A stretch of DNA of 64,000 nucleotides from an uncultured Poribacteria bacterium (GCA_958296135.2 CATQHZ020000001.1:1408001-1472000); one strand, 5' to 3'. Shown: positions 28,485-39,118, counted from the stretch's first letter. Numbers and translations are program-made. The notes: generated by a model not told the origin, from the sequence alone.

Positions 28485-29915
28485 ATGATACACATCCCAC
28501 TTTTGCGAGCGGGACGTTCCTACAAGAGTTTGAAGAACGTCCGTCTCTCACATATTAAAACCGGTGAACCGTTCGCCGAAGTGAGCCAGGCCAACCGCGG
28601 CTTGATAGCGAAAGACCTCGGGGAAATGGCGCGCTATCAGAAGGCGCTTGGAAACCATTCCTTTGAGGAATTGATTTCAATGTGCAAGGAAGCGGCGCGT
28701 CTGTTCACGACGGCAGAACTTCCGCTTGGTGAACCAATTGATGGAGAGACGCAGTCACCGGGAGCGTATATTCGTCACGTCTCCGGCACGACGGGCCTCC
28801 CTGAATCCCTCTGTTCCCAGAACATGCGGAAGATTCAGACTGTCCTGGAGGAGATGGATATGGTGCTAGACGGGCTGACGCGCGGCCTTGATATGCGCAT
28901 CTTTGATGCTGGCTGGGGATGGGGGACCCAAGAGGGGCGGACGTTAGTTTACGTTTGTGAAACCGATGCGCTGGGTGCAGTATTGCCAAGCAATTCTCCG
29001 GGTGTGCATACGCTATGGCTTCCCGCTATTCCGTTGAAAGTGCCGCTCGTGCTAAAACCGGGGCGCGAGGAACCGTGGACTCCCTATCGGATAGCGCAGG
29101 CGTTCATTGCCGCGGGATGCGCGCCAGAGGCGTTCAGTTTCTATCCCACCGATTATGTCGGCGCGAACGACATTTTGTACCGTTGCGGCCGTTCCCTGCT
29201 TTTCGGCAGCGGCTCCACGATTGCTTCGTGGGTGAACACCCCGAGTGTTGAAATTCACGGCCCGGGGCGCAGCAAAATCGCTATGGATGGGGCGCAGTGT
29301 GCACGCTGGGAAGAATATCTGGAACTCATCGTCGAGTCGGTTGCTAAAAATGGCGGCCGGTCATGTATTAATGCTTCCGGGGTGTGGGTAACCTCACACG
29401 GAGCAGAGATTGCGGCGGCGGTAGCGGCACGCTTATCGAGCATTGAACCGAAACCTCTTGAGCATCCGGATGCGCAACTCGCCGCTTGGGCGAATCCTAA
29501 GGCAGCCCAAGCCATATCCGCCGCTATTGACAGAGCCCTGAAAACGCCTGGCGCGATGGAGATGACAACCGGAGACCGGATTGTGGTGTTAGATGGCTGC
29601 ACCTTTCTCCGTCCGACGGTAATCTGGTGTGAGGATGCCGAGCATCCGTTGGCAAATACGGAATTTCCCTTTCCGTTCGTCAGCGTTGTTGAGGTGCCAA
29701 AAGCCTCCCTGGTTAAATCCATGGGGCAGACTTTGGTTGCAACCGCGATTACCGATGATGTAACGCTCATCTCAGAGGTGCTCGCAACCCCTTTAATCGA
29801 CCGGTTGAATATCGGTGCTATCCCGACGAATCAGATTTCTTGGGACAGCCCACACGAGGGGAATCTGTTTGAGCATCTCTATAAGCAACGCGCGTTCCAG
29901 TATGGCAACCTTTGA
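28485..29915 (+). CDS. Aldehyde dehydrogenase-fold reductase, GriD/EhpG-like
   Basis: Motifs LPSNSPGVHTLW, LKPGREEP, HGPGRSK, catalytic Cys in GGRSCINASG, EFPFP, PHEGNLFEHLY. Confidence 0.75.
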   Translation: MIHIPLLRAGRSYKSLKNVRLSHIKTGEPFAEVSQANRGLIAKDLGEMARYQKALGNHSFEELISMCKEAARLFTTAELPLGEPIDGETQSPGAYIRHVSGTTGLPESLCSQNMRKIQTVLEEMDMVLDGLTRGLDMRIFDAGWGWGTQEGRTLVYVCETDALGAVLPSNSPGVHTLWLPAIPLKVPLVLKPGREEPWTPYRIAQAFIAAGCAPEAFSFYPTDYVGANDILYRCGRSLLFGSGSTIASWVNTPSVEIHGPGRSKIAMDGAQCARWEEYLELIVESVAKNGGRSCINASGVWVTSHGAEIAAAVAARLSSIEPKPLEHPDAQLAAWANPKAAQAISAAIDRALKTPGAMEMTTGDRIVVLDGCTFLRPTVIWCEDAEHPLANTEFPFPFVSVVEVPKASLVKSMGQTLVATAITDDVTLISEVLATPLIDRLNIGAIPTNQISWDSPHEGNLFEHLYKQRAFQYGNL

Positions 29916-29929
29916 TGGGGTGGGAAACG

Positions 29930-30838
29930 ATGAAACGTTCTAAGAAAACTTCAGCCAAAACCTATTTCAAATCCGGCAATGTGAAGGATAGGTTAGGTGA
30001 TTACAGGGGTGCTATCGCAGCCTATACCAAGGCTATTCGCCTCAAACCGGATTTCGCCGCGGCTTACGGCAGTCGCGGCCTCGCGAAGGCCCTTCTCAGT
30101 CAGCATGCTGCTGCCATCGCGGATTTTGATAAGGCACTCAAACTCAACCCTGATGATATCGGGGCTTATGTCAATCGCGGCACTGCGCAGACAGCGTTAG
30201 GGCGTTACCTTGCCGCCATTGCCGATTACGACGAGGCGCTCCGCCGGGACCCGGGGCTTGTCCCCGCCTATGTCAATCGCGGCGTTTTGAAGGATGCCCT
30301 GGGCGAGCAGCTTGCCGCCATCGAGGATTTTGACGCGGCGATTCAAATCAGCTCGGATTTTCCCCATGCTTATCTTAACCGCGGCGTTGCTAAGCGGAAG
30401 CTGGGCCGATACACTGCTGCCATCGCCGATTACGACAGAGCCATCCTGCTCAACCCTGATGAGGCCAAAGCCTATGACAACCGGGGAGTCGCGAAGGCCA
30501 TTTTGGGCAGACACGCTGCCGCCCTTTCTGATTTCGATAGGGCCATTGAGCTCAACCCGCATGATGCCGAGGCGCACTACAATCGTGGCGAATTAAAGTA
30601 TGATATGGGTGAACATCTTGCCGCCCTTTCTGATTTTGACAGCGCCATTGAACTCAAACCCCATTTCATATTGGCGTATTTCAGTCGTAGTTTGGTGAAA
30701 GTCTGGCTGGGGCGCATTTCGGAGGCGAAGCAAGAGCTCCAAATGGCGTTGAAATTCGCGGAGCGGGATGGCGATGAAGACGACGTGGCCAGAATTGCGG
30801 CGGTACTTCAGCAGCTTGATTCCGAGGATGCCTTCTAG
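29930..30838 (+). CDS. Tetratricopeptide repeat protein
   Basis: About 8 repeats of AY.NRG.....LG....AI.DFD.AI.L.P. Confidence 0.9.
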   Translation: MKRSKKTSAKTYFKSGNVKDRLGDYRGAIAAYTKAIRLKPDFAAAYGSRGLAKALLSQHAAAIADFDKALKLNPDDIGAYVNRGTAQTALGRYLAAIADYDEALRRDPGLVPAYVNRGVLKDALGEQLAAIEDFDAAIQISSDFPHAYLNRGVAKRKLGRYTAAIADYDRAILLNPDEAKAYDNRGVAKAILGRHAAALSDFDRAIELNPHDAEAHYNRGELKYDMGEHLAALSDFDSAIELKPHFILAYFSRSLVKVWLGRISEAKQELQMALKFAERDGDEDDVARIAAVLQQLDSEDAF

Positions 30839-31271
30839 CACCGGAGGATGCTCCAAGATTTGCAGCGGTGAAAACATGGGACCACAATTGTTGTTCAATA
30901 TCGCCTCTTTACAATCGCTTTCTGCCGAGGAAACCGCGGTGCTTGACAGATACTATTTTGTTGTCAATGCCCCGGTTCAATTCATTGACATTTTGCGACT
31001 GCCTGAGGCAGACGAGATTGCAAAAGTTGCAGGCAAGATCCGGCCGTTTGAAGAGGCTTGCTGGACAGTCCACTATCGAATCTTGCTTTCCCGCGCGCTG
31101 CTATCGCCAAAATTCCGTGCCGATGAAGCCCATCCCGAAAAAGAGGCACTCCGGTGTTGGAAAAGCGGCCAAGGCGATGGGGCAGGGACACTCTCCTGGT
31201 TCACAAAAAATTCGCATCAGGTGCTAATTTTCTGTACCGCAGAGAAATCTCCTGCGGTTTTTCGTTTTTGC

Positions 31272-31300
31272 TTGACAAAAGCCGCGAAATAAGGTTTAAT
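31272..31300 (+). promoter_or_regulatory. Sigma70-type promoter
   Basis: TTGACA-17 bp-TTTAAT upstream of the Fe-ADH gene. Confidence 0.6.
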
Positions 31301-31391
31301 ATCATTAATACGTCTTTCATTAGAAAACGTCCAAACTTTCGGTTCCCGATTTCGTAGCGCGAGGGCCTGTCCCTCGCGTTCTCCTGAGCTC

Positions 31392-32519
31392 ATGCAAACT
31401 TTTGAATCTGAACTGAGGCAGCGCGTCATCTTTGGAGAGAATGCTATAGAGCGACTCGGCGAGGTGGCCAAGGTACTCGGTGCGCAGCGGGTATGCATCG
31501 TGACAGACCCGGGTATCCAACAGGCAGGTATTGCCGATAGGGCACTCTCGGCGTTAGCGCGCGAAGGAATGGCCTGTCACATTTTTGCCGATGTTGCGCC
31601 GAATCCGACGACGCGGCACGTTGGAGCCGCCCTCGCTTTTGCCGAGGCTCACGCGCCGATCGACATCATCGTCGGGCTCGGCGGCGGTAGCGCGATGGAT
31701 TGCGCCAAGGGTGTCAACTTCCTGCTAACAAACGGCGGGAAGATGGAGGACTATTGGGGCTCAAACCGAGCCAAACTTCCGATGCTCCCCTCCATCGGCA
31801 TTCCGACAACCGCTGGCACCGGCAGCGAAGCGCAGTCCTTTGCCTTAATTTCACAGGCAGAAACACACATCAAAATGGCGTGTGGTGATAGAAAAGCGAA
31901 GTTCAGCACCGTGATTTTGGACCCGAGGCTTCCCGATACCGTGCCGAAATCGGTAGCGGTGGCGGCAGGCATAGACGCAATCGCGCACGCTGTTGAAAGT
32001 TTTGTCTCCACGCGCCGAAACCTGATGTCACAGATGTTCGCGCAACACGCATGGAAATTGTTGGAGACGCATTTTGAGGCGGCTATTGGAGGGGACAGCG
32101 TGCAACCCGATGCCGAGTATTCCGTTTATGGTAATATGCTCTTCGGTGCTTATCTCGCCGGGGCGGCAATCGAACATTCGATGCTCGGTGCTGCGCACGC
32201 CTGCGCCAATCCGTTGACTGCCCGATACGACATCACGCACGGGGTTGCTGTGGCGTTCATGTTACCACATGTCATCAGGTTCAATAACACTCTCGCTGCC
32301 GCCTTGTATCGGCAGTTATATAGGGATGGAGAATTGGCAGACCGGATTGTGGCACTCAAACAGGCCGCCGAATTACCACACTGCTTCCGAGATTTCGGCA
32401 TTCCGCGAAGCGACATCCCCACATTGGCGGAAGAAGCGGCGACGCAGTGGACGGCACAGTTTAATCCACGTCCTTTAGCATTACAAGATTTTGTGAGACT
32501 TTATGAAGAGGCTTATTAA
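31392..32519 (+). CDS. Iron-containing alcohol dehydrogenase
   Basis: Motifs GLGGGSAMDCAK, IPTTAGTGSE, DAIAHAVES, LGAAHA, HGVAV. Confidence 0.92.
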   Translation: MQTFESELRQRVIFGENAIERLGEVAKVLGAQRVCIVTDPGIQQAGIADRALSALAREGMACHIFADVAPNPTTRHVGAALAFAEAHAPIDIIVGLGGGSAMDCAKGVNFLLTNGGKMEDYWGSNRAKLPMLPSIGIPTTAGTGSEAQSFALISQAETHIKMACGDRKAKFSTVILDPRLPDTVPKSVAVAAGIDAIAHAVESFVSTRRNLMSQMFAQHAWKLLETHFEAAIGGDSVQPDAEYSVYGNMLFGAYLAGAAIEHSMLGAAHACANPLTARYDITHGVAVAFMLPHVIRFNNTLAAALYRQLYRDGELADRIVALKQAAELPHCFRDFGIPRSDIPTLAEEAATQWTAQFNPRPLALQDFVRLYEEAY

Positions 32520-33744
32520 CGGACAGGATGGACGCAAATGTCATATTTTTCGTCTCTTTCGTTCCGTGGACGTGCTTTGTAAGCGCGTATCTCGTGCGAG
32601 ATTTCAAACCGTGCCTACTGGGTTCGTTTTGTGTTATTCTGTTAATCCTATAATCCTGTTAATTCTGATTCAGACACTGTTCTTTGTTGCACTGCCCGGC
32701 TTTGGCGACTGGACCGGCTTCCGTGGCAACCCGCAACTCACCGGCGTTGCAACCTCCGAGCTCCCAGATGAACTCGCGCTCCTCTGGACATTTCAGGCCG
32801 GGGATATGATTGAGTCCACCGCGGCGGTTGTTGATGGCACCGTGTATGTCGGTGCATTAGACAGCTATCTCTATGCGGTTGACGCGCAAACCGGCGCATT
32901 GCAATGGACATTTCAGGCAGAAGGACAGATTAAAGCCTCGCCCTCTATCCGAGATGGAGTCATCTATTTCGGCGATGGAGCGGGTGTCTTCCATGCTGTA
33001 AACATCGGTGCCCGGCAAGCCGCCTGGCAGTTCCATACCGAGGGCGAGATTATTTCCTCCGCGAATTTTTCAGGAGAATGGGTAATGTTCGGTTCCTATA
33101 ATGGCTTTCTTTACTGCCTTAATAGGAAGAATGGTGAACTTGTTTGGAAGTTTGAAACGGATGGTTACGTACATGGCACTCCTGCCATTGTCGGCGATTC
33201 GGTGATTGTGACCGGATGCGATAGTTATCTACGCGTCCTCTCAGTTGCTGACGGCACGCAGACGCATCAGGTGCCGCTCGGCGCGTATGTCGGCGCGAGT
33301 GCCGCGGTTTTGGACAATCGCGTTTATGTCGGAACCTACGGTACTGAAGTCTTAGGCATCAATATCCAAAGCGGCGAGATTCAGTGGCGGTATCAACATC
33401 CGAAGCGCAGGTTTCCCTTTATGGCATCTGCCGCTGTAACCGCCGAGTCTGTTATCATTGGCGGACGCAATAAGCTGGTGCACGCGCTCGCGCCGGATAC
33501 TGGTGAATCGCAATGGACTTACACCGCCAAATCCCGCATTGACTCTTCCGCGGTTATTGTCGGGACGCGCGCCTTTTTAGGCACAACCCGCGGACATTTC
33601 ATCGGCTTAGATGTCACCACTGGGGAACTTGTGTGGGAATTCGCAACGGGTTCCGCCATTGTTGCCTCACCAAGTGTCGCCGATGGAAAAGTGTATATCG
33701 GAACAGAGGATGGCATCCTCTACTGCTTCGGAGGGAATAAGTAA
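32503..33744 (+). CDS. PQQ-binding-like beta-propeller repeat protein (BamB-like)
   Basis: DWTGFRGNPQLTG followed by about 8 repeats S.AV.DG.VY.G..D..LYA.D..TG...W. Start uncertain; the N-terminal region includes repeat-like DNA. Confidence 0.85.
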   Translation: MKRLINGQDGRKCHIFRLFRSVDVLCKRVSRARFQTVPTGFVLCYSVNPIILLILIQTLFFVALPGFGDWTGFRGNPQLTGVATSELPDELALLWTFQAGDMIESTAAVVDGTVYVGALDSYLYAVDAQTGALQWTFQAEGQIKASPSIRDGVIYFGDGAGVFHAVNIGARQAAWQFHTEGEIISSANFSGEWVMFGSYNGFLYCLNRKNGELVWKFETDGYVHGTPAIVGDSVIVTGCDSYLRVLSVADGTQTHQVPLGAYVGASAAVLDNRVYVGTYGTEVLGINIQSGEIQWRYQHPKRRFPFMASAAVTAESVIIGGRNKLVHALAPDTGESQWTYTAKSRIDSSAVIVGTRAFLGTTRGHFIGLDVTTGELVWEFATGSAIVASPSVADGKVYIGTEDGILYCFGGNK

Positions 33745-35102
33745 TGGCCCTTCATACGATAAAGAAATCAAAACCGGAACCTGCAACAGCAGGTATAGAG
33801 TCCAAGCACACGACGGTGGGGAGCGTTTTCGTTTCCAACTATCCGCCGTATTCTGTTTGGGGTGACAAGGATGTTCCTGCAGTGCGGCAGGCGTTGGCTG
33901 CGCCGCCGCGTCCTGATGCGCCGCTCGGGCTGTATATGCACATCCCGTTTTGCCGCAAGCGGTGCAAATTCTGTTATTTTCGGGTTTACACCGATAAAAA
34001 TAGTTCAGAGATTGACGTGTATCTGAACGCGCTGGCGAAAGAGGTGGCACTCTACAGCACTCAGCCTGCAATCGCAAATCGCCCTTTGAAATTTATCTAT
34101 TTCGGCGGCGGTACGCCTTCTTATATCAGCGTCAAACACCTGAAAACGTTGGTAGAACGGGTGAAATCCGTGATGCCGTGGGATGCTGCAGAGGAAGTTG
34201 CGTTCGAGTGTGAGCCTGGCACCCTCACCCAGAAGAAGTTGGAGGCTATCAAGTCGATCGGCGTAACTCGCCTCAGCCTCGGCGTGGAGAACTTGAACGA
34301 CGAAATCCTCGCCGAGAACGGCAGGGCGCACCTCACCAAAGAGGTCTATCGGATTGCCCCCTGGATAAAGGCGTTGGACTTCGCGCAAGTCAACATCGAC
34401 CTCATCTCCGGGATGATAGGCGAAACGTGGGAGAGTTGGCGCGAAACGGTCGAAAAGACGGTGGCTCTCGACCCGGATAGCATCACCGTCTATCAATTGG
34501 AATTGCCCTTCAATACCGTCTATTCCAAAGACATCCTCGGGGGCGATTCGCTGCCGGTGGCGGATTGGAAGCTGAAACGCGAGTGGCACCAGTATGCGAA
34601 TGAGCAATTCGCTGCGGCTGGGTATCGCCGCGCGAGTGCCTATACCGTAGTTAAGGAGCAGGAACCTCCCCAACAATTTGTCTATCGGGATGCAGTGTGG
34701 CAGGGGAGCGATATGCTCGGCACCGGTGTCGCCTCTTTCTCGCACTTAAGCGGGGTTCACTTCCAAAACGCGCCATCGTGGGGCGACTACCTTGCGCATC
34801 TTGAAGAAGAGGAGCTGCCTGTTTCCCGCGCGTTGATGCCTACGGAAGAAGAACGGTTGACACGCGAGATGCTCTTGCAGCTCAAACTAGGGGAAATTCG
34901 TCCATCCTATTTTAAAGCGAAATTTGGCGCGGATATCCTCACGCAATTTGCCAATGCCTACGAAAAGCTGCGGGATGATGGCATGGTGACGTTTAGTTCC
35001 CAGTCCGACGAAATCCGTTTGACGCAGCGCGGTTTGCTTCAGGTAGATGCCTTGCTCCCGACATTCTACGCGCCTGAGTATCAGAACACGCGGTATACCT
35101 AG
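33744..35102 (+). CDS. HemN-like radical SAM enzyme (possible class C methyltransferase)
   Basis: YMHIPFCRKRCKFCYF (CxxxCxxC), YFGGGTP, NIDLISG. TAATG overlap with the upstream propeller gene. Confidence 0.85.
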   Translation: MALHTIKKSKPEPATAGIESKHTTVGSVFVSNYPPYSVWGDKDVPAVRQALAAPPRPDAPLGLYMHIPFCRKRCKFCYFRVYTDKNSSEIDVYLNALAKEVALYSTQPAIANRPLKFIYFGGGTPSYISVKHLKTLVERVKSVMPWDAAEEVAFECEPGTLTQKKLEAIKSIGVTRLSLGVENLNDEILAENGRAHLTKEVYRIAPWIKALDFAQVNIDLISGMIGETWESWRETVEKTVALDPDSITVYQLELPFNTVYSKDILGGDSLPVADWKLKREWHQYANEQFAAAGYRRASAYTVVKEQEPPQQFVYRDAVWQGSDMLGTGVASFSHLSGVHFQNAPSWGDYLAHLEEEELPVSRALMPTEEERLTREMLLQLKLGEIRPSYFKAKFGADILTQFANAYEKLRDDGMVTFSSQSDEIRLTQRGLLQVDALLPTFYAPEYQNTRYT

Positions 35103-35197
35103 TCTGTCGTCGGCTCGCCGTAGGGCGAGGGCCTGTTCCTCGCCGTGCCAATACGTTCGGCTGGCTGTAGGGCGGCGAAGCGGTTGGAGGTAAAGAT

Positions 35198-36442
35198 ATG
35201 GATACAGCAAAACAGTTACGCCGGTTCCGCCAGATGCTTGCTCCTGTGTTAGAGACGAATGCCTTCTATAGCCAAAAACTCACCGAGGCAGGGATAACGC
35301 ATCCGAACGATGTGCAGACGTTTGCGGATTACCAGCAGTTGCCTTTTACCACAAAAGCTGAGCTCAGCGCAGACCAGGGTGCGCGTCCGCCTTACGGTAC
35401 TAATCTCACCTTTCCGCTGGAAAAGTATATTTGTCTCCACCAAACTTCTGGCACAACGGGCGAGCCGATTCGGTGGTTGGATACCGCCGAATCATGGGAT
35501 TGGTGGGGCAAATGTTGGGGTGACATTTATCGCGAAGCAGGCGTAACAGCCGCTGACCGGCTTATGATTGCGTTCACCTTCGGTCCGTTTATCGGTTTCT
35601 GGAGTGCGCATCACGGCGCGCGGCAGCTCGGTGCGTTGACAATTCCGAACGGTGGGCTTTCCTCCGAGCAGCGCCTTCGAGCCCTTCTCTATAACGACGT
35701 TACGGTTCTGGTTTGCACGCCTACCTATGCGCTGCGGCTCGCCGAGGTCGCGGCGGGAGATGGGCTTGATCTTTCGCGTTCTTCAAGCGTCCGAGTCACA
35801 ATTCATGCGGGTGAGCCTGGGGCGAGCCTGCCTTCAACAAAACGGCGCATTGAGGAGTGCTGGGGTGCACACACGTATGACCACGCTGGTGCGACAGAGG
35901 TTGGTGCTTGGGGCGTGATGTGCCGCCTGCAAGCCGGTGTCCACCTCAACGAAGAGGAATTTATCTGCGAAGTTATTGATATAGATACGGGCAAACCTGC
36001 GGATGCCGGTGAGTTAGTGATTACCAATCTGGGGCGCGTTGGGATGCCTGTTATCCGTTATCGCACCGGCGATTACGTCAAACTCACATCGTTGCTGTGC
36101 GAGTGTGGCGATGAGAACCGCGTGCTGGAAGGCGGTGTCATGGGGCGGATAGATAGCCTGCTCATCATCCGCGGCATGAACATCTATCCTGCCACGATTG
36201 AGAACATCGTTTTCCAGTTTCCTGACGTTGCTGAATTCTCAGCGCGGGCTTACCGCGAAGGAATACGGGATGAGCTTGAAATTCAGGTTGAGTCCACACA
36301 TCCGGATCCGGAACAGACTGCCACGGCTGTGGCGGCGAAAATTCAAGAGGTTTTAGGATTCCGCGCCATCGTGAAATCGGTGCCGGTCGGCATTTTCCCG
36401 CGAACGCCTGGGAAGGCGCACCGATTTTCCGACCATCGTTGA
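35198..36442 (+). CDS. Phenylacetate-CoA ligase (PaaK)-family adenylating enzyme
   Basis: Motifs LPFTTKAEL, TSGTTG.P, AGEP, GATEVG, RYRTGD, GRID. Confidence 0.88.
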   Translation: MDTAKQLRRFRQMLAPVLETNAFYSQKLTEAGITHPNDVQTFADYQQLPFTTKAELSADQGARPPYGTNLTFPLEKYICLHQTSGTTGEPIRWLDTAESWDWWGKCWGDIYREAGVTAADRLMIAFTFGPFIGFWSAHHGARQLGALTIPNGGLSSEQRLRALLYNDVTVLVCTPTYALRLAEVAAGDGLDLSRSSSVRVTIHAGEPGASLPSTKRRIEECWGAHTYDHAGATEVGAWGVMCRLQAGVHLNEEEFICEVIDIDTGKPADAGELVITNLGRVGMPVIRYRTGDYVKLTSLLCECGDENRVLEGGVMGRIDSLLIIRGMNIYPATIENIVFQFPDVAEFSARAYREGIRDELEIQVESTHPDPEQTATAVAAKIQEVLGFRAIVKSVPVGIFPRTPGKAHRFSDHR

Positions 36443-36561
36443 AAGTTGGGAGAATACTAGTGTGCCAGATATGGAAATCTTGATTCTGTCAAGACGACGG
36501 TGGTAAACAAACTTTCTGTGTCGAGAGATGCTAGCTGAACACATTGCGACATACAAAAAAC

Positions 36562-37752
36562 ATGAATACACAACAGCACCCGAAGGTTGAAATTGCTGTC
36601 CGAAATTTCGGCCCTATTACAGAAGGCACGCTCGATTTACGGCCCCTCACGGTGTGTGTCGGTCCGAGCAATACCGGCAAAACCTATTTCGCGACGCTCG
36701 TGTATGCCTTGCATGGTGCATTCTCAGGACTCAGCGCGCAAGTGCCGCGAGAAGTTCTCTCGCTTGAACTAGAGAATGAGCTCAAAAATTGCTTCGATTT
36801 ACCTGCCATTTCGGCATTGAGGCGATTGGATGGAGAAACGTTTCCGCATGAGATGGCGGTGTCGCTCAAGGGGCGCGATGGAGAGGCGGATAGTTGGTGC
36901 ATCAAATTGACTGCGTCCGAAGCGGAGGTGACGTTCCTTGGTGCTCCAGGCGAGACTTGGGGAGTGGGGAATCGGTATTATCTGCCTGCTACGCGCGGTG
37001 GGCTCATGCAGCGGCATGGGCTCATTGCGAGTTCACTCGTGGGACGTGCGACTCGCGGTGGAGCCGAGCACTTTCCCGCGGTCCCGACGTTTTCAGCGGG
37101 CCTTGCGGAATTCCTGCAGCGTATCATCCTCTACCGGCCGGATAAACAAGTGAGCAACGGCGACATGAACGCAATCGCCGATGCGTTAGAGGCAGATGTC
37201 CTCGGCGGACAGATTCTGGCGCGGCTTTCACCGACTGGGTATCCGGATTTCCGCTACCGTCCACAAGGCCTGAAGGAAGAGATGCGGCTGAGCCATGCCT
37301 CGGCGATGGTATCCGAGCTCGCGCCGTTAGTCTTGTTTCTCCGCCGTGGTATTGCCCCTGGGGATTTATTGGTTATTGAGGAACCGGAGGCGCATCTGCA
37401 TCCGCATTCCCAGGCGGACATGGCCGTGACGCTCGCGCGCCTCGTCCGTGCCGGTGTGAGAGTCATCGCGACGACGCACAGCGATTGGCTTCTTGAGGAA
37501 TTAAGTTGTCTGATGCTTGAGGGGCTACTTGCAGAGACAGATGATGCGCCTGCGAGTTGGCTGATGCCCTCGGAAGTGGGCGCGTGGCAGTTCCAAAAAG
37601 ATGCCCCCGTTACGGAAATTCCGTTTGAGGTATGGGGGGGTATCTACCCAGTAGACTATGGGGACGTTGCAGAGACCCAGTATAATCGTATGGTGAATCT
37701 CCAGGCCCGGGTGGAGAACGGGGAAGGTGGTAGCAAACGTGAATCCTCGTGA
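36562..37752 (+). CDS. ABC-type (AAA_15/AAA_21-like) ATPase
   Basis: NFGPI, Walker A GPSNTGKT, Walker B IEEPEAHLHP, TTHSD. Confidence 0.85.
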   Translation: MNTQQHPKVEIAVRNFGPITEGTLDLRPLTVCVGPSNTGKTYFATLVYALHGAFSGLSAQVPREVLSLELENELKNCFDLPAISALRRLDGETFPHEMAVSLKGRDGEADSWCIKLTASEAEVTFLGAPGETWGVGNRYYLPATRGGLMQRHGLIASSLVGRATRGGAEHFPAVPTFSAGLAEFLQRIILYRPDKQVSNGDMNAIADALEADVLGGQILARLSPTGYPDFRYRPQGLKEEMRLSHASAMVSELAPLVLFLRRGIAPGDLLVIEEPEAHLHPHSQADMAVTLARLVRAGVRVIATTHSDWLLEELSCLMLEGLLAETDDAPASWLMPSEVGAWQFQKDAPVTEIPFEVWGGIYPVDYGDVAETQYNRMVNLQARVENGEGGSKRESS

Positions 37753-38221
37753 CGCGCTTAACCAGATTCGCCGGTGGATAGGCGAAAGGGTAGCTACCTC
37801 TTACACGCGAAACGGGTGCCGTGTTTCGCTGGCGAACCTCCCGCGCGAGCGGGTGGTGTTAGATATCGATCTTGCCTTTCCCACGGACAGAGCCGTGAAA
37901 GCGCAATGTGATTTCATTCTCTTTTACACTGTCCAAGACACTCTCGTAGTTGTGCCAATGGAACTCAAGCAAGGCGACGTTGACGCGTCGGAAGTCGTCA
38001 AGCAATTGCAAGAAGGAGCACACATCGCCAGTCGGTTGGTGCCAAGGAATGTCAAAACGAATTGCCTCCCGCTCCTTGTCCATGGCAGCAAGAGGGTTCA
38101 AAGGCGACAAAACGAAAAACTGAAACATTCCTCAGTGACTTTCCGCGGCAAGAAATTGCCAATTCAGACGACGCGATGCAGTTATGAAGGGAATCTAGCA
38201 AAGGCTCTCAATATCAAATAG
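37727..38221 (+). CDS. Hypothetical protein coupled to the ATPase, possible PD-(D/E)XK nuclease fold
   Basis: Overlaps the ATPase 3' end; CDF...MELK..QL pattern. Confidence 0.55.
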   Translation: MVANVNPRDALNQIRRWIGERVATSYTRNGCRVSLANLPRERVVLDIDLAFPTDRAVKAQCDFILFYTVQDTLVVVPMELKQGDVDASEVVKQLQEGAHIASRLVPRNVKTNCLPLLVHGSKRVQRRQNEKLKHSSVTFRGKKLPIQTTRCSYEGNLAKALNIK

Positions 38222-38313
38222 GCAGACAACCCCTACCGCCGCCTCCTCAATAAGCCCACGGTATCAACACTTGCGATAGTCCGGCCCATCGATTCATCAT
38301 CAGTTGATTTTCG

Positions 38314-38342
38314 TTGACATTTAAAGCGTTGGAGAGTATAAT
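38314..38342 (+). promoter_or_regulatory. Perfect consensus sigma70 promoter
   Basis: TTGACA (38314-19), 17 bp, TATAAT (38337-42). Confidence 0.8.
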
Positions 38343-38379
38343 TTTGATGATGAAACGAGTTCTGACAAGGAGACAGTTT

Positions 38380-39108
38380 ATGCTTACAAGAGTCGAAATG
38401 CCCGTGGCAGGCTACGATGAAGCAATTGAACGCGGCACGCTGAGGTCTGACCAGGGCAAACATGAGGAGGCACTTGCCGAGTTTGAAAAGGCGGTTAAGT
38501 TGAACCCCCTCGGTGCCGCGGGCTACTTCTATTGCGGTGTCGCGAAGTTTGACATGGGAAAAGCGAAGGAGGCACTCGCCGACTTCGACAAATCCGTCCG
38601 CTTGAATCCGCGTGTCGCCGCGGCCTATTACAATCGTGGTAGCGCAAAATTGGCATTAAATCGGTTTAAAGCCGCGATTGCGGACTTTGATAAAGTCATC
38701 CGCCTCAATCCGCAGTACGCCGAGGCATATAACAACCGCGGCAACGCGAAATTCGCGTCGGGAAAGTATAATGCTGCCCTCGTGGACTTCAACAAAGCCA
38801 TCCAGCTCAACCCCGAGCTCCCTGAAGCATACAACAATCGCGGTAACGTGAGAGGCAGACAGGGACGGGACGAGGAGGCGATCGTGGACTTTAGCAAGGC
38901 AATCAGCCTCAAACCTGACTACGCGAAGGCGTATAACAACCGCGGCTTGGCGATGGCGCGGCTGAATCGCTTTGAGGAGGCGATGCCACAGCTCCACATC
39001 GCCGTGGAACTCGCCGAACAAGCGGGCGATGCTGTACTCATTGCGGCGATTAAGGACGAAATCCGAAAAGTGAAAATGCTTGAATCACGGTACAACGCCG
39101 TAAATTGA
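38380..39108 (+). CDS. Tetratricopeptide repeat protein
   Basis: AYNNRG repeats; AAGGAG RBS before ATG 38380. Confidence 0.9.
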   Translation: MLTRVEMPVAGYDEAIERGTLRSDQGKHEEALAEFEKAVKLNPLGAAGYFYCGVAKFDMGKAKEALADFDKSVRLNPRVAAAYYNRGSAKLALNRFKAAIADFDKVIRLNPQYAEAYNNRGNAKFASGKYNAALVDFNKAIQLNPELPEAYNNRGNVRGRQGRDEEAIVDFSKAISLKPDYAKAYNNRGLAMARLNRFEEAMPQLHIAVELAEQAGDAVLIAAIKDEIRKVKMLESRYNAVN

Positions 39109-39118
39109 TGGGGTTCGC

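Noticed and set aside
30768-31292. Overlapping ORFs between the TPR and Fe-ADH genes
   Set aside because: No recognisable motifs and competing frames; possibly a decayed gene.
33744-35102. Call as genuine hemN (heme synthesis)
   Set aside because: There is no heme-pathway context, and HemN-like proteins have diverse functions.
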